Source of the DNA: Atractiella rhizophila
Taxonomy: Eukaryota
Length of the DNA stretch: 64,000 nt
Reading direction: 5' to 3'
NCBI GenBank assembly: GCA_021432655.1
Contig: MU271201.1
Span: forward strand, 1 to 64,000
Of the stretch, positions 14,238-26,899 are shown one piece after another. The notes under the pieces are model-generated. The model was not told where the DNA came from and did not search any database. It was given only the letters and a program-made list of their open reading frames with translations. Numbering within the stretch: the stretch's first letter is position 1; the number at the start of each line of letters is the position of its first letter. The translations under genes and the position numbers were made by a program.

Positions 14238-14747
14238 AACCTTTCAGATGATCCTAATGTTTTTGTTTCGCATACATTGCACGTGTATAATTTTTGTTGC
14301 AATCCAATTGATGATTGATGAGGTAATGGCACATATTATGGTTACCCAGGAGTAAGGTTATGGTTTATTGTTTATTAACGTTCATTGACATCTTTGCTCA
14401 GCATGCAGTACTATTCAATTCACACTTTTAACACTCATTGGGACAAGGTTACTGTGAGCCAGCCGCACAGACGTCGCGTCACGAAGCAAAGACCACTAAG
14501 GTTCTCGCTAGAATGACTCAAAATGCAAGTTTGGGTTGGCTCCTTGGCTCCTTGGATTGTGGGTTCGAACTGTTCAAGCTACCGCGAGGGTTGAAACGTT
14601 GACTCGACGACGAACAAATTTTTGATTTCGTTGACCTGAGCTGCCCTCATTTGTAGTAGGTTGAAATCTTTTCGAGAAGTGATGTTGACTTTGTCGTTGC
14701 TAGTAAGTGTCCTGCTACACTCAGTAGCCTACCTATCCCAAGACCCA

Positions 14748-16112
14748 ATGGCGGAGAAGATTCCAACATCTGAGCAATCTCTCAGCCATGAAAAAGCTAG
14801 TGTCGACTTTCTGCGCCTTCCCATCGACATACGGTTGCTTGTGCTAGAGCGCTTCATCCGCAAACCTCTACCACAAGAAGAAGTGGGACATGCCGAATGC
14901 ACTTCACTCAAAAATATCTCAATGGTGTGCAAGCATCTCCGACAGCTTGCTGCTCCTCTTTTATTCAGGAACCTTCAAATCTCAAACTCATTCCTCCTAG
15001 ACCGTTTAGATGAAGTCGAAACGAAGCCGTCTTTACCACAACGATGTCTCGATCATGCAAGGTCTATTACTTTTCACCTGCAAGTTCCAAGTGGTGCGAA
15101 TAGCGATTCCAATCACAATCTTGAACCGCGTCACCTCTTGGAGGTGACGTTTGCATACTTTGCAGATATTTTACGGCAACTACGTCCAATTTCCCTTCAA
15201 TTTGATCGCTTTGCTTTCGAGTTTGACTGCGAGGTGGAATTTGAAACGCTGGGATTCAACGACCAATTCCTCAAAATGGTGGAGGGTTTTAGACCGTGTG
15301 ACTTGACGACTCTTAGCCTGCGAACCGTAAGGCTTGGTGATGAAGATGTACAACCTGTGGGATCCATTCTACGAACACTCTACGATTCAGGCATCCTACC
15401 CAGAATCACCTATCTATCGGTGGACATGTCAGCAACTCAAGGTGTGGACATCGAATTTATCACGAGCGTTGCCCTTTTCAGTCATCTCAGGCGCCTCGAT
15501 GTCATTACTCAGTACCTGGCTGTCATGAATACCCACGACATCGTGTTTCCTAGCTTGGAGCATCTTGTCCTGCAGGAGTTCGATCCCTCCAGGTACACTG
15601 AAGACGGTAGCGAATTTAAAGAGCTTCTCGGATTATTCAAAGCCTGCCAACAAACATTAAAGACTTTCGACTCTTCGATATGGATCGATTATTCTACACC
15701 ACAATGCCCAGGACTTTCCTTGAGCAGTCTAGAAGTCTTACATATCGGCGCCTCCGTATCCTTCTTCCTGCACCAAGAGCTCCTCGGTTTCTTATCATTC
15801 TACGGATCCTCGCCCATTCACACTTTTAGCTTGACACTCGGGCCATGGATCTCATTTTCCGACACATGTCCAACACTTTACGAGCGTGATGAGGAGGCAT
15901 GTGACGATGCAGAATGCCTCAATCTTTTTTTCCATTTCCTTGAGCAGCAGAGGCAAGGTGGAAGGTGGAAACATTTAAAGACAATGACAATATCAGAGCC
16001 CGTAGAAAAGGGGGTGCGCCTGCCACAGTGGATGGACAAGCTAAGGGATGAAGGGGTGGAAGTCAGGTGGTTTACTGGAGAGACGGAACGTGTTTATGTC
16101 GACATGTTGTGA
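14748..16112 (+). CDS. F-box-like protein with LRR-like C-terminal region, single-exon CDS
   Basis: FLRLPIDIRLLVL...LKNISMVCKHLRQLAAPLLFRNL is a fungal F-box pattern, followed by LxxL repeats. The ORF is uninterrupted. Confidence 0.8.
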   Translation: MAEKIPTSEQSLSHEKASVDFLRLPIDIRLLVLERFIRKPLPQEEVGHAECTSLKNISMVCKHLRQLAAPLLFRNLQISNSFLLDRLDEVETKPSLPQRCLDHARSITFHLQVPSGANSDSNHNLEPRHLLEVTFAYFADILRQLRPISLQFDRFAFEFDCEVEFETLGFNDQFLKMVEGFRPCDLTTLSLRTVRLGDEDVQPVGSILRTLYDSGILPRITYLSVDMSATQGVDIEFITSVALFSHLRRLDVITQYLAVMNTHDIVFPSLEHLVLQEFDPSRYTEDGSEFKELLGLFKACQQTLKTFDSSIWIDYSTPQCPGLSLSSLEVLHIGASVSFFLHQELLGFLSFYGSSPIHTFSLTLGPWISFSDTCPTLYERDEEACDDAECLNLFFHFLEQQRQGGRWKHLKTMTISEPVEKGVRLPQWMDKLRDEGVEVRWFTGETERVYVDML

Positions 16113-16366
16113 TCAATGATCTAGGTGATCTCGATTTATATTGTCGGATTGGCAAATGAACAGCAGATGATCATTTTCAATTTCCTCTTTGAAGATTCAA
16201 GGATGGTCAAATAAAACAAGGGTATCCCATTACTGATCACCATTAATGCTACTTTTGCTGTAATCAGTTTTACACTTGAACTCAAGAAATGTTATGCACA
16301 GTGAAGGTCTCGAACGTTAACGTGAAACGGACCAAAAAAATGTCAGTGAATCCCTCCAAGTTGCTT

Positions 16367-17644
16367 TCAGCCTTCAGACGCAGCATGATATGCCTGACGC
16401 GGACAGTTCGTCAACAAAGCTGATTGAAAATGAAAGAACAATACATACGTCCCGATCCTCTAAAAATTCGAGATATGCCATACAAACTGCTATCCACATC
16501 GATTCTTCTTCCGTTTCCCTCCCTGCTGCACCTAGGGATTCAATTGCTGGAACTTCAAGAAACAACGTTCCCTCTGTTGTTGTTGACCAGAGCCTTTGTA
16601 CAAACAGAGGGTCATCAACATTCGTGTTCCATTGTCGATGAATGGGAATGGGAAAGGGCGAGCAAGAGACGCACTTTGGTCTATCCTCAAAACGACCAAT
16701 TATCCTTCCCTCTTCCATAATCACAAAACTGAGTCCTTTCTCCTTCTCCTTCCAATTCCACAAGTCCCTCACAACTCTCAAAGGGTTGAAGGTCTTGTAG
16801 ACCTCCTGCGGTTCGGCGGTTTCCGGGCTTAGCATGAAGGAGCGAGTACGCTTTTCCTTCCCATTCACGAGGATAGTTGGGTTCTGGGGAGGAGAAAATG
16901 TAGAAGTTGGGTTTTGTAATGGAGTGGAGGGAGAGGAGGAGACATGGCGTTGAATCGGAAGCGACGGGTTCGGAGAGAGCGGAAGAGGTGAAAGGGAAGA
17001 GGTGAGGGACAGAGATTTTGAGTGACCATGCAATGACGTTTGATTAGTTTGTGAGGAGGAAGAAATGGTGAAGGAAAGGCTGGTCGGCTGCTGCCGTGAA
17101 GGTGAAAGAGCGATATAACTGTTGGTGTTTGAGGGGGGTGCTGAACTCAGCAAGGACTGCGAACGCCGAAGACGAAGGTACCAGCCACGTATTGGCCTGT
17201 CGTGTAACAAACTTATAAACCCAACTTTGCTGTTTGAAAGGAGTACAACGTACCGATGAATCGTCCAAAGGGCTAACGACGATTCTTCGTCCTACAGCAA
17301 CGAAATTTCAACCTCCACCAGGCTGTAGCAAGTAGAGAACGCACAATGACTGAAGACACAATTTCGTCCTCCACCAACTCTCTCGTCTAGCCACCATATT
17401 TCAACACACCCTCTCCCAAAGGCTGACTGCGCTATTCGAGGCAACACACCTTGATCCATCCCCTTTCATTCTTCCCGCTTCCTCTGCGCTTCACTTTTAC
17501 GCTCCTCGCTCCTAAGTCTTCAGAACTGTCTACCGCACTTATTTTAGCTCTCTTTTCCCGTGCCAGAGCAGCAGAACGGAAGACGCACGTGCATAGTGTG
17601 TAGGTATGGTGAGTGTGGTCCGAGGGTATGGAAATGATAGACAT
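16367..17644 (-). CDS. Conserved-looking fungal hypothetical protein, multi-exon
   Basis: Exons MSIISIPSDHTHH..., RGWYLRLR, MAYLEFLEDRD and AYHAASEG* are linked by short GT-AG introns. Confidence 0.65.
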
Positions 17645-18000
17645 TTTGTAAGGAGAGTATTGCGGAACGAAAAATGGCTCAGAACGCTGGATGTCGTTCG
17701 AAAGTCACGGTGGGGCACAGCGAGCAGGAGAAAGTGGAAGTGGTGGTTCGATAATAAGTAGTTGTCAGTGTTTGCCTCCTGTTTGTCTTCCAGCCAACAG
17801 AACCAATTGATAACCCGAAGAGGCTTGTTTCTTGTTTGATGTGTCTGCAACTCTCAGAATTATTGTGAGGCCATGTGAGGCATGTGAGGTCTGGTGCCGG
17901 GTGTGTGACTGTCTCCTCCAAATCTCATCTTGAAAGAAACAAGCAAGCCCTGATCTAGACATAACATTATTCTGACCATCTTGTCTTGTTTGGACTGAAA

Positions 18001-19432
18001 ATGGCTACCTTCTCGCTACCTGACGAACTTCTTCTTATGATACTTATCAAGGTCTTCGAGAACACACATTTCTCACCGCAGCAGGTGCGAGAAGGGTGCT
18101 TACGCGTCAACCGACACTGGCGAAAGTCTCGATAGAGGCTCACCTCAACGACCTATGCATTGATGGAGAGGACTTGCATCAACTTCAGTTTCTGGCGTTC
18201 CTCACAAGTGGAGGAAGAAAGCGCCTCGTTCGCTCCCTTACCCTGAAGAATCACAGGAGATGTTCTGAGGAGATGGCGGCTGAAAGTTTGCAAAATATAC
18301 TGGAGAAAACGGCGAACTTAGAAAGTTTGACGTTCAAAGAGGCGACTTTTAGGAACGTTAGCCTACCGTTCCTACCACGCCTTCGCTCCATTCATGTTGA
18401 CTGGTTTGGTCCTTTTGAGCTTGATATGCGACAATTCGCTCCATGGATTTTTCAGTCCAAGACACTTTGCAATTTGGCTTTGCTTGGAGATATTTTAATT
18501 CCCCACCATGTTATGAAGCTTTCTACTGAGGAGATTCTGAGTCTTGACGAACCTGGCGACTTATTGGACGGGCTTTCCACCTTCCTTGGACTTAGCTATG
18601 ACATTACAAGCCGAAGAGGTGCTTTTGCTCGATCAGTGAACGGTCCATGCACTCCACCCTTCGAGGGTTCGAAATACACTATTCGCAAGCTGACCGTGTG
18701 TCTGGATCCTGGATCGAAACTTCTGCTTTCCGGGATTCACTGCACTAACTTTCCTCGAATTTGAATCCCCACCCCAAGAGAAATGTTCTCGAGACTTTCC
18801 CAAATCTGCCACAGATGAGGGAATTAAGGTATCTTTCTTTGCACGATTGCTGTGTGCACCTGGTCAATACATCCAGCCTTCAACTTAAAAAACTTGAACT
18901 GTCCGACTGTAGCGGTCAGTACAGCAGCTATGAGTCTATGTTTTCACACTGCACGAACACTCCTCAATATCTGTCTCTTTCGCGTTCATATGCAGACGAC
19001 GTCAAGACTGAAGACGAGTCCCACCAGAAGTTTACTATTTTCTTTTCAGCCTCCTTGACCAACTTGACCATCTCTTCCTGGGTCGACAAACAAAGTTTGG
19101 CAATCACCCTCTCTCAGTTGTCTCGTCTTCGCTTTCTACAACTCTACCACGTGTCTCCTGGGATACTTGAGAATACCTCTTTGCTGTTTTCAAGTTTACG
19201 ACAGTCAATTCACTCCTTTGCATTCGACTGTCATTTCCCCCTGATGGAACTGGCTCCTTGATATCTTAATGGCTTCAGATACCTCGCTTCTGCGCGGCGA
19301 AATGGACTGTTTTCTGATCTCAAATATCTGCACACCACCTTCATGGATTTACCACCTAAGTACGATGATGAGCTTACTACGATTGCTGAGGATTTGGCGA
19401 CATACAACATTTATCTCAAGCGGTTGCGTTGA
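18001..19432 (+). pseudogene. Disrupted paralog of the F-box/LRR gene at 21932-23401
   Basis: Starts ATGGCTACCTTCTCGCTACCTGACGAA, near-identical to 21932, and is colinear to the stop. It has frameshifts (~18125, ~18720, ~19258) and a ~50-bp deletion near 18580 relative to the paralog. Confidence 0.75.
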
Positions 19433-20368
19433 TCAATTTGTGCATGACATATAGAATGTGAGGTCTGATTCCGGTTATGGGATTGTCTTTAGTTCGTTGC
19501 GTTTGTGTTTGTGCCCTGCTCCTTCCATGACAGGCTGATTTAGTCGCGGTTGCTTTGAGCGAAACAGTTATGTATCTGGCTGGAGCGGATTTGGCAATGG
19601 TTGGTGTGCATGAAGGCTGCTAGGTCAAGATTCTTGCTGGATATTTACAATGTCTGTCTTCTGACCCGATTCCTGTGCGGGATGCTACGAGAGAAAAAAA
19701 CCATCCATCCCACAAATAACAAGGCTCTTCGATATTTCAAGCCTTTTTTTATTCCAACATCACTCTCAGTGTTCGGTCGAGAGCTTCCATTGTCCTTCCT
19801 GTTTCATGTTTGTTTAATGGCGGCATGGCCAAATGTAACGGTGTTGTTGGAGGCACTCACAACGGATACATTCACTTGTATTATTGTAGCCCTTATGTGA
19901 ATGCTTTCGGTATCTTGATGAATTCTGTCACCCTTTAGTCCATGCCGAAATTTTTCCTGTCCGTTGCCCCCGCCGCTTGCTCCTGCCATATTTCCCCCTC
20001 TAGGTTCACCTCGAATTTTCTCCCTCCGTTCTTGGCGCTGCTGTCGGAGCTGCCGAATTGTAAGAAGGGGACAAAATCGTCAAGTACCACTCCTTGTTTC
20101 AAATCTTCCTGCAAGAATACTAGCTTCTATCCGCTGCTCCCTTCCCGACTAGATATGCCGTAATACCGATCCCTCCTACTCCACGTCGAGCTTGCTTAAC
20201 GCCTTTATTTGTTAGTGCGGGTAGGATCGAGTTCATGCAGCATAATCTTGAGGCACCACTGAAGAGGCACGCTGCGAGCGGTTGAGTTCTTCCATTTTGT
20301 GTCCGGATCTGCCGGAATCTGGTACTGACAATGCTTGTCATTTTGTTGTGGTCCTGATGCAGGCCAAG

Positions 20369-20375
20369 TATAAAA
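20369..20375 (+). promoter_or_regulatory. TATA box of SDR gene
   Basis: TATAAAA about 65 nt upstream of ATG 20438. Confidence 0.5.
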
Positions 20376-20437
20376 GATATAGAAGGAGCGACGTGGAACA
20401 GCAAGCAGTCAACCTCAAGAATAAAAACCAAATCAAC

Positions 20438-21483
20438 ATGTCACGAGTATTTGTCGTCACTGGTGCGTCCCGCGGAATAGGGCTGGCGTGGATCGAACTC
20501 CTCTCTTCCTCCACGACAAACAAAGTCTTTGCTCTCGCTCGCAATCCGTCTAACGCTCTTCGGAAGCTCGAAGGATTAGGGAAAGGACGAGTGCAAGTTG
20601 TAACAGCCGATGTTGCAGATGAGGGGAGCATTTTGGTCCGTTGCTCTCTTTAAGATCGAATCAACGGCGCCCCTGGCTAAGAGACCTGTTAGAACGCTGT
20701 CGAGGAGATCCAGAAGATGACGAGTCATATCGACGTGCTAATCAATAAGTATGGACCTTCCTACCTCGGAGACTGATAGCCTAATTTCTTGTAATTCAGC
20801 GCTGGAGTTACCCCCGGAGGCATTGGTCCTGCTGCTTTTACTGATACGACGGCCTCTAACATACTCGAAGCAGTGCGCGTCAACACGATGTATGTATTTC
20901 TAGCCTCATCAGTCCCTCTTTACTGACAGCAGACTAGTGGCCCTATATTGACTACCAAGGCTTTCATTCCCCTGCTCCGGAAAGGAAAAGAGAAAAAGGT
21001 CACCTTCACCGGTTCAGTGTTCGCATCGCTGAAGCTCGTAGAAGCAACTGATATCGGAGGCGGATCGGGAACTAATGGTGATTATGCGCTTTCGAAAGTC
21101 GGTACGTTTCATCGCGTTATTTTCACTTGAGGACCTGTCTCATGCCTTACATTTGTAGCGTTGCATATGGCTGCCAGAAAACTGGATATTCAGTTTAAAA
21201 AGGAAGGGTTCTCTATGATTGCCATCCATCCAGTTCGTCTTTATACTCTGCTTGAAACTAGTCTTAAGGTCATGTAGGGATGGGTTCGTACTGACATGGG
21301 TGGTGATGTGAGATCTTATTTCAGGAGATTGCAGAAAGCCTGACTCTTTTGCAATTGGTGTAGGGGCCGCTCAGTCCTCTCGAAAGCGTGACAAGGCAGC
21401 TGGCAATAATCGACAAGCTTAAGCCAGAGGAAACTGACAAGCTGTTTGCGTGTGATCAGGAGTCAGGAGAGCTTTCGTGGTAG
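20438..21483 (+). CDS. Short-chain dehydrogenase/reductase (C-factor/CsgA-like), multi-exon
   Basis: TGASRGIG Rossmann motif, IDVLIN(S)AG, catalytic YALSK, IHPGWVRTDMGG and C-terminal W*. About 6 short introns. Confidence 0.9.
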
Positions 21484-21931
21484 ATCAGGCAAACCATTCT
21501 ACGGCGTGACATAGTATCTTGGAAAATATGTGTTCCGTCAAGCATGCTATGTATCTTGTTCGCACGCAGAGAATTTTGTTCAAGAATTATTAGCCAACAC
21601 TACTATGGTTGCGTCTGATCAAGTTAACAAGTTGAGGTTGTATGTGTGGCCAGAAGGTTTATAATGGTTCTTCCGCAGCATTCTCGAGACCACAATCCCT
21701 GCGGCGACCACCTCAAGACACGATCTGGGAGAAGAGAATTGCTGAAGGAACTTTGTAGGGGCGAAGTTCTGAGGTAAGGTCAAAAGTCCCTTGTAGCTGT
21801 AGCAATATCGCGGTCGTCCTTTAAGACCCCTTACATTCAGCAAAAATCTTGAAAGAAATTTTGCTGTTTCTTGGAACTGAAACTAGCGAACAATCGTCTA
21901 GACATAAATTTATGCTGACTACGTTATTAAG

Positions 21932-23401
21932 ATGGCTACCTTCTCACTACCTGACGAACTTCTTCTTATGACACTCGTCAAGGTGTTCAAAAACACATAT
22001 TTTTCACCTCAACAGGTGCGAGAAGGGTGCTTACGCGTCAACCGACACTGGCGACAAGTTTCAACAGAGGCTCAGCTCAGAAACGTATGCATTGATGGAG
22101 GGGACGGCCATCAACTTCAGTTTCTGAAGTACCTCACAAGTGGAAGAAGGGGGGGTCTGGTTCGCTCCCTGACCCTGGACGACTGCTCTGAGAGGATCGC
22201 GGCCGAAATTTTGTCAAATATACTGGACAAAACGGAGAACTTAGAATGCTTGACGTTCAACGAGGCAACTTTTAGTAACGTTAACCTACCACTTCTACCT
22301 CGTCTTCGCTCCCTTCATGTTGACTGGTTTGGTACCTTCGAGCTCGACTTGCGGCAATTCGCTCCATGGATTTTTGAGTCCAAGACACTTCGCAAGTTGG
22401 CTTTGCTTGGAGATATTTTAACACCCTATCATCCTTTCAAGCTTTCTGCTGAGGAGTTGGTCGGGCTTGACGAACCTGGAAACACGTCTGACGGAGTGTC
22501 CCACGAACGACTTTCTGCCAATTTCGATCCAGGGCCTGCTTTTCCCTCGCTTACTTCCTTGGAGATATCTTTGACAGGGAATGCTGAGGAGATACTTTTC
22601 GCTCGATCTATGAATGGTGCATACGCTTCAGCCTTCGAGGCTTCGAAAGACACTCTTCGCAAACTGACGGTGTACATGGATCTCACCAGAAAGTTCAGCT
22701 TTCCTGAGTTTACGACCCTGACTTTCCTCGAGTGTGAATCTCACAGCCCGAAGGGAAATATTCTTCAGGCATTCCCAAACCTACCACAGATGAAGGATCT
22801 AAGGCATCTTTCTTTAATAGATTGCTCCCTACACCTTGTCACTACGGCCAACCTTCAACTCAGAAAGCTTGAACTGACCGGTTGCATCGGGCTGTACAGG
22901 AACTATGAGTCGATGTTTTCAAATTGTACGAAAACCCTTCAATATCTTACTCTTTCAGATTCAAGTGCAGACGACATCGAGACTGAAGACGAGTTCCAGG
23001 AAAAGTTCATTATTTTCTTTTCAGCCTCCTTAAGCAACTTGACTGTTTCTTCCTGGAGCCACACCGAAAGTTTGTTCGCCGCACTCTCTCCATTATCTCA
23101 TCTTCGCTTCCTCCACCTTGAGGCGTCTCCTTGGATACTTGACAACACTTATTCACTGTTTTCGAGTCTACCCCAGTGCATCCAGAGCTTTGAATTGGGT
23201 TGCACTGAACAACTGGAAGTGTCTCCTCGATATCTCGATGGTTTCAAATACCTTGTTTCTGCATGCCAGAAAGGCTTGTTTCCTGACCTCACGTATTTGC
23301 GCCTCCTCTCCAAGGTTTCACCACCTGAGTATGAGGACCAGCTTACTGCGATTGCTGACGATTTGGAGATGTACGACATTTTTCTCAAGCAATTGGGTTG
23401 A
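21932..23401 (+). CDS. F-box/LRR-like protein, single-exon CDS
   Basis: SLPDELLLMTL...CLRVNRHWRQV F-box, then many LxxLxL repeats. Intact 489-aa ORF. Confidence 0.85.
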   Translation: MATFSLPDELLLMTLVKVFKNTYFSPQQVREGCLRVNRHWRQVSTEAQLRNVCIDGGDGHQLQFLKYLTSGRRGGLVRSLTLDDCSERIAAEILSNILDKTENLECLTFNEATFSNVNLPLLPRLRSLHVDWFGTFELDLRQFAPWIFESKTLRKLALLGDILTPYHPFKLSAEELVGLDEPGNTSDGVSHERLSANFDPGPAFPSLTSLEISLTGNAEEILFARSMNGAYASAFEASKDTLRKLTVYMDLTRKFSFPEFTTLTFLECESHSPKGNILQAFPNLPQMKDLRHLSLIDCSLHLVTTANLQLRKLELTGCIGLYRNYESMFSNCTKTLQYLTLSDSSADDIETEDEFQEKFIIFFSASLSNLTVSSWSHTESLFAALSPLSHLRFLHLEASPWILDNTYSLFSSLPQCIQSFELGCTEQLEVSPRYLDGFKYLVSACQKGLFPDLTYLRLLSKVSPPEYEDQLTAIADDLEMYDIFLKQLG

Positions 23402-23813
23402 TCATATTGTGCATGCAATGCCGAAATATCTATTCACCTATCTGCCGTCGTCTCAATGGTCGAATCTCCGTTAAAACAATCCTAGGCACTGTGAAACACA
23501 CTCACTTAGCACACGAATCAGGGTTTAAAATCCACCTACTCCAGGCATTGCTACATATACATACCTTTCTACATCACTACTCTTGGCACATTCATCAAAA
23601 GTACAAGGTCAATATACTTCCTTCTGCTCCCCTGCGACATCGTGTTGGCGAGGCTACAGGAGGGAATTGAAGTTTGGGCCGCATTTCTATAGTAATCGTG
23701 TCCTTACAAATTTGAGAGAGATCTTTCAGCGACACATGGAATCTTTCTACAATACCATTTATTACAAATTGTTTAATGATTCAATCGCTTCCAGACGGAA
23801 ATCGATCACATAT

Positions 23814-24938
23814 TCACACAAATGAAATATCAAACAAGCTCCTAAACCTGAGGGGTTGAGGGTTACTCAAATCCGCCTGCGCTTGCGTCTTTTTCTCAGC
23901 GACGAATTCTTCTCCCTTCTTCGAGCTCTCCTCCCACTTCTGTCCCACTTCTCCAATCTTTCCTCCTGTCTTCTCATCCACAGCCTTCCCTACTCCAATC
24001 GCCGCGCCGCTCACAGTTCCAGCAGCGTTCTGAAGCGTGGAAGCAGCTGAATCGTAAGCCTGAGATCCGGTAACGGATGCTTGATTCGTAGCACCAGTCA
24101 GAGTGGATTTGGCGGAATCAAGCCCTTGCTGAAGAGTCGCTTGTGCGGAGCCAACAACGTTGGAGGCGGTTTGAGAAACAGAGGCGGCGGCATTAGAGGC
24201 GGTTTGAGAGGCGGAATTGGCGGCGTCGGAGGCAGTGGATGAGATTGAGGCGCCAGCTGCTTTGGCGTGATCGATTGGTCCAGGGCCGTGAGGGGAGACA
24301 ATGCTGCAGGAAACATTCAGTCTGATCAATACGCGGCTAGGAAGAATTGACATACTCGGCAGTCTTCCCGAGAGCAGAGGCAACGATGTTTCGTGCCTGA
24401 TCCACGTATCCACTACCACTTGACGTAGCAGCTTCACTTCCTCGTGTCGCTTGGTCGGCTAGTTCTTGACGAGCAGGCTTCACATATCCTTCAGCAGAGT
24501 GAAGGGTGTTTCCAGCCAAATCTATTGGGATGGCACAAAAGATCATCAGTCAGACGATTCGCAAAGAGGGTCAAATGACCAACCTCGTGCTTGATTAACA
24601 AGATCTCCTAGGGTCTTCTGTTGAGTTCCAGGGACCTCAGTACCCTTCGCGACCTCCACGCCTTCAGCCGCTTTCTGCTGTCCAACACCAGCAACGCCTG
24701 CGCACCGCGAAAACCTCATCAACACTTCCCGTGTTATATCGGGCAGGTTGATAAGAAACACACCTTTGGCATACTCCACAGTTGAGCTCGCCAAGTTCAC
24801 AGCTTGGGTATAAAGAGTATCGCTCTGTGCCTTCGCCTGCCCAGAAAACTCTTGCGCCTTGGCGTGAGCAGTCCCAGACACCTCGTTCGCCTTGACTTGA
24901 GCCTCGTTGACTTTGTTTTGGAGTTGTTCGCTCGACAT
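23814..24938 (-). CDS. LEA-like/hydrophilin, Ala/Gln/Ser-rich stress protein, multi-exon
   Basis: 11-residue-like repeats (ASQTASNAAAS VSQTASNVVGS) and AQ/KA-rich composition. Short introns. Exact C-terminus uncertain. Confidence 0.7.
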
Positions 24939-25032
24939 GATTAGATTTGTTGTTGTTTGGTCTGGTTCGTAATGAAAAAGTAGATTTGGGATTTGGTTCT
25001 GAGTTCTGGGACTTGGAGGACGCGCTGACAGC

Positions 25033-25118
25033 TTTTATAAGAAGGGAGGAGGAGGAAGACGTCAGGATATGACGTCGTTTTTTTTCTCACGCTTTTCACG
25101 CGCTGAAATATGACGTCG
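25033..25118 (-). promoter_or_regulatory. TATA box plus three CRE-like TGACGTC sites in the divergent intergenic region
   Basis: Minus-strand TATAAAA at 25033-25039. TGACGTC at 25058-25064 (-), 25070-25076 and 25111-25117. Confidence 0.55.
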
Positions 25119-25306
25119 CAGGTTGGTGTTGGTGGACAAATACAGACAAGCTCTGCTACCTCGACGCGTTACATCTTTTCCGATCAGCCTGAGCAATCCA
25201 TCTGTTATCCTCTTATCCTCACTGTAACTCCTTTCGAAAGCTTGTATGTCTCTACGTCTCTTGACCGCAATCGAACAGGCGAACATCGACTGAAAAGCGG
25301 CGTCCA

Positions 25307-26310
25307 ATGTCAACAGAAGCACCAGAGGACGACCTCGACTTTTCCAGCCTCTACGGACATCCTTTCACCCCCCACAGTTTCCACTATGGCCCTCACTTAT
25401 CGGTGATCCCTGCTTCGCGTGCTGGAAAAGCACATACCCTGTTAGCAGACGCAGTGTTCAACTCCTCACTCCTGATGTGTGAATGGATCGATCAAGGGTT
25501 TCTTAACTTTTGCCATGGACGGAGCGGTGCGTATTTTTTCAAAAAGATGGAAAGGGTCGTTGGTGATGCTTCGTTTCTTTATCTCTTCGTTGGGAGAAAG
25601 TCCTCGAGCTGGGAGCTGGGACGGCTCTTCCCTCTTTACACCTCTTGCAAACACCGACCGCGAGGCCATCGCAAGCAGTCATAACAGACTACCCGAGTGC
25701 TGATATCATGCTGCCTCTTCATGAAAACGTTTCCTCCAATACATCTCCCTCGAAGATATCTTCAGAGCCAAAAGTAATCACGCGAGGTCTAGACTGGGCG
25801 AACTCGGATGAAATTGAACAAGTTCGAACCCTACAAGACAGAGGTTTTGATGTTATCATTGCTGCCGATTTACTTTGGTATACCGATGCACATCCTCAAC
25901 TTCTGAACGTCATCAAGCGGTTACTTGCCGTTCCCTCCTCTTCGGACGGATTTGAACCACGCGTGCTCATCGCTACTGGTCGATATGTGAAACCAGCGCA
26001 ACTATCTTCCTTCTTCTCTCTTGCCTCACAAGCAGGATTTAAATGGCGCGAATTGGATTTGGACTCTCCTTTTTCAGGTTCTGCAGATCCAGGATGGGGA
26101 GAGATGCGTCTCGATGATCGCAAGCGAGAGTGGAGGGGCACACATGAAGTTTGGTGGCAGGATGATGGCGGACAGAAGATGAAGTTGGATGTAGATGAGT
26201 TGGGAGTGAGGAAAGATGCCGTTTGGACATTTGACATGAGATGGAATGACGATGTCGTTATGCTCAAAGGTCCCGTTCCTTTCCCAATTTTTTGCATATT
26301 CCCGCCATAA
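25307..26310 (+). CDS. NNT1: SAM-dependent methyltransferase, NNT1/EFM7 (METTL21-like) family
   Basis: HTLLADAVFNSSL, VLELGAGTALP after the intron at ~25527-25597, VITDYP, LDW and FDVIIAADLLW. Confidence 0.75.
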
Positions 26311-26899
26311 CCGTGATCCATAGATTCGACGACATCTTAATGCTCTCTATGCTTGCCTTTGCAAAACTCTTTAGTCGCAATTTCAACTTCTTTCTATAAC
26401 GTCATTGGTTATATGGGGAGCTCCCAGGCCACAACGCCGAAAGACCTGATAGTTTTACCCTAGAGGCGACCCGACATCCTGGCACATCGTCTCTTTAATC
26501 TTGTTAATTGATGGCTGATGGATTTCTGATCCAAAGTGATATCATGACTGCAACTTTCATTACCCACTCGTCCATTGTTGAAGCTGAATATTGACACACT
26601 GATACAGTCCGTACCTTCCCGGAAAACTTCCTGGATTCTTTGAAGACCATTCTGTGATTCTGAGGTTGTTTTACAATCTCGAGCTCTTACACAATCCCGC
26701 TCCGAAACATCTCAATTTCTACCAGACATTGGGCGATCTACAGTAGAGGTCGCACTGCGTCAAACCCTGTAAAAACCGACCCTAGCAATTCTTGAAATTT
26801 GAGATCTCGATAAGTAGTCATTGCCTAATTGGTAAGTCTCTCCAGGAATGCGCTATGGTTGTATTCACTGATACTCTGTTCACACGAGCAGCGTTGAAG

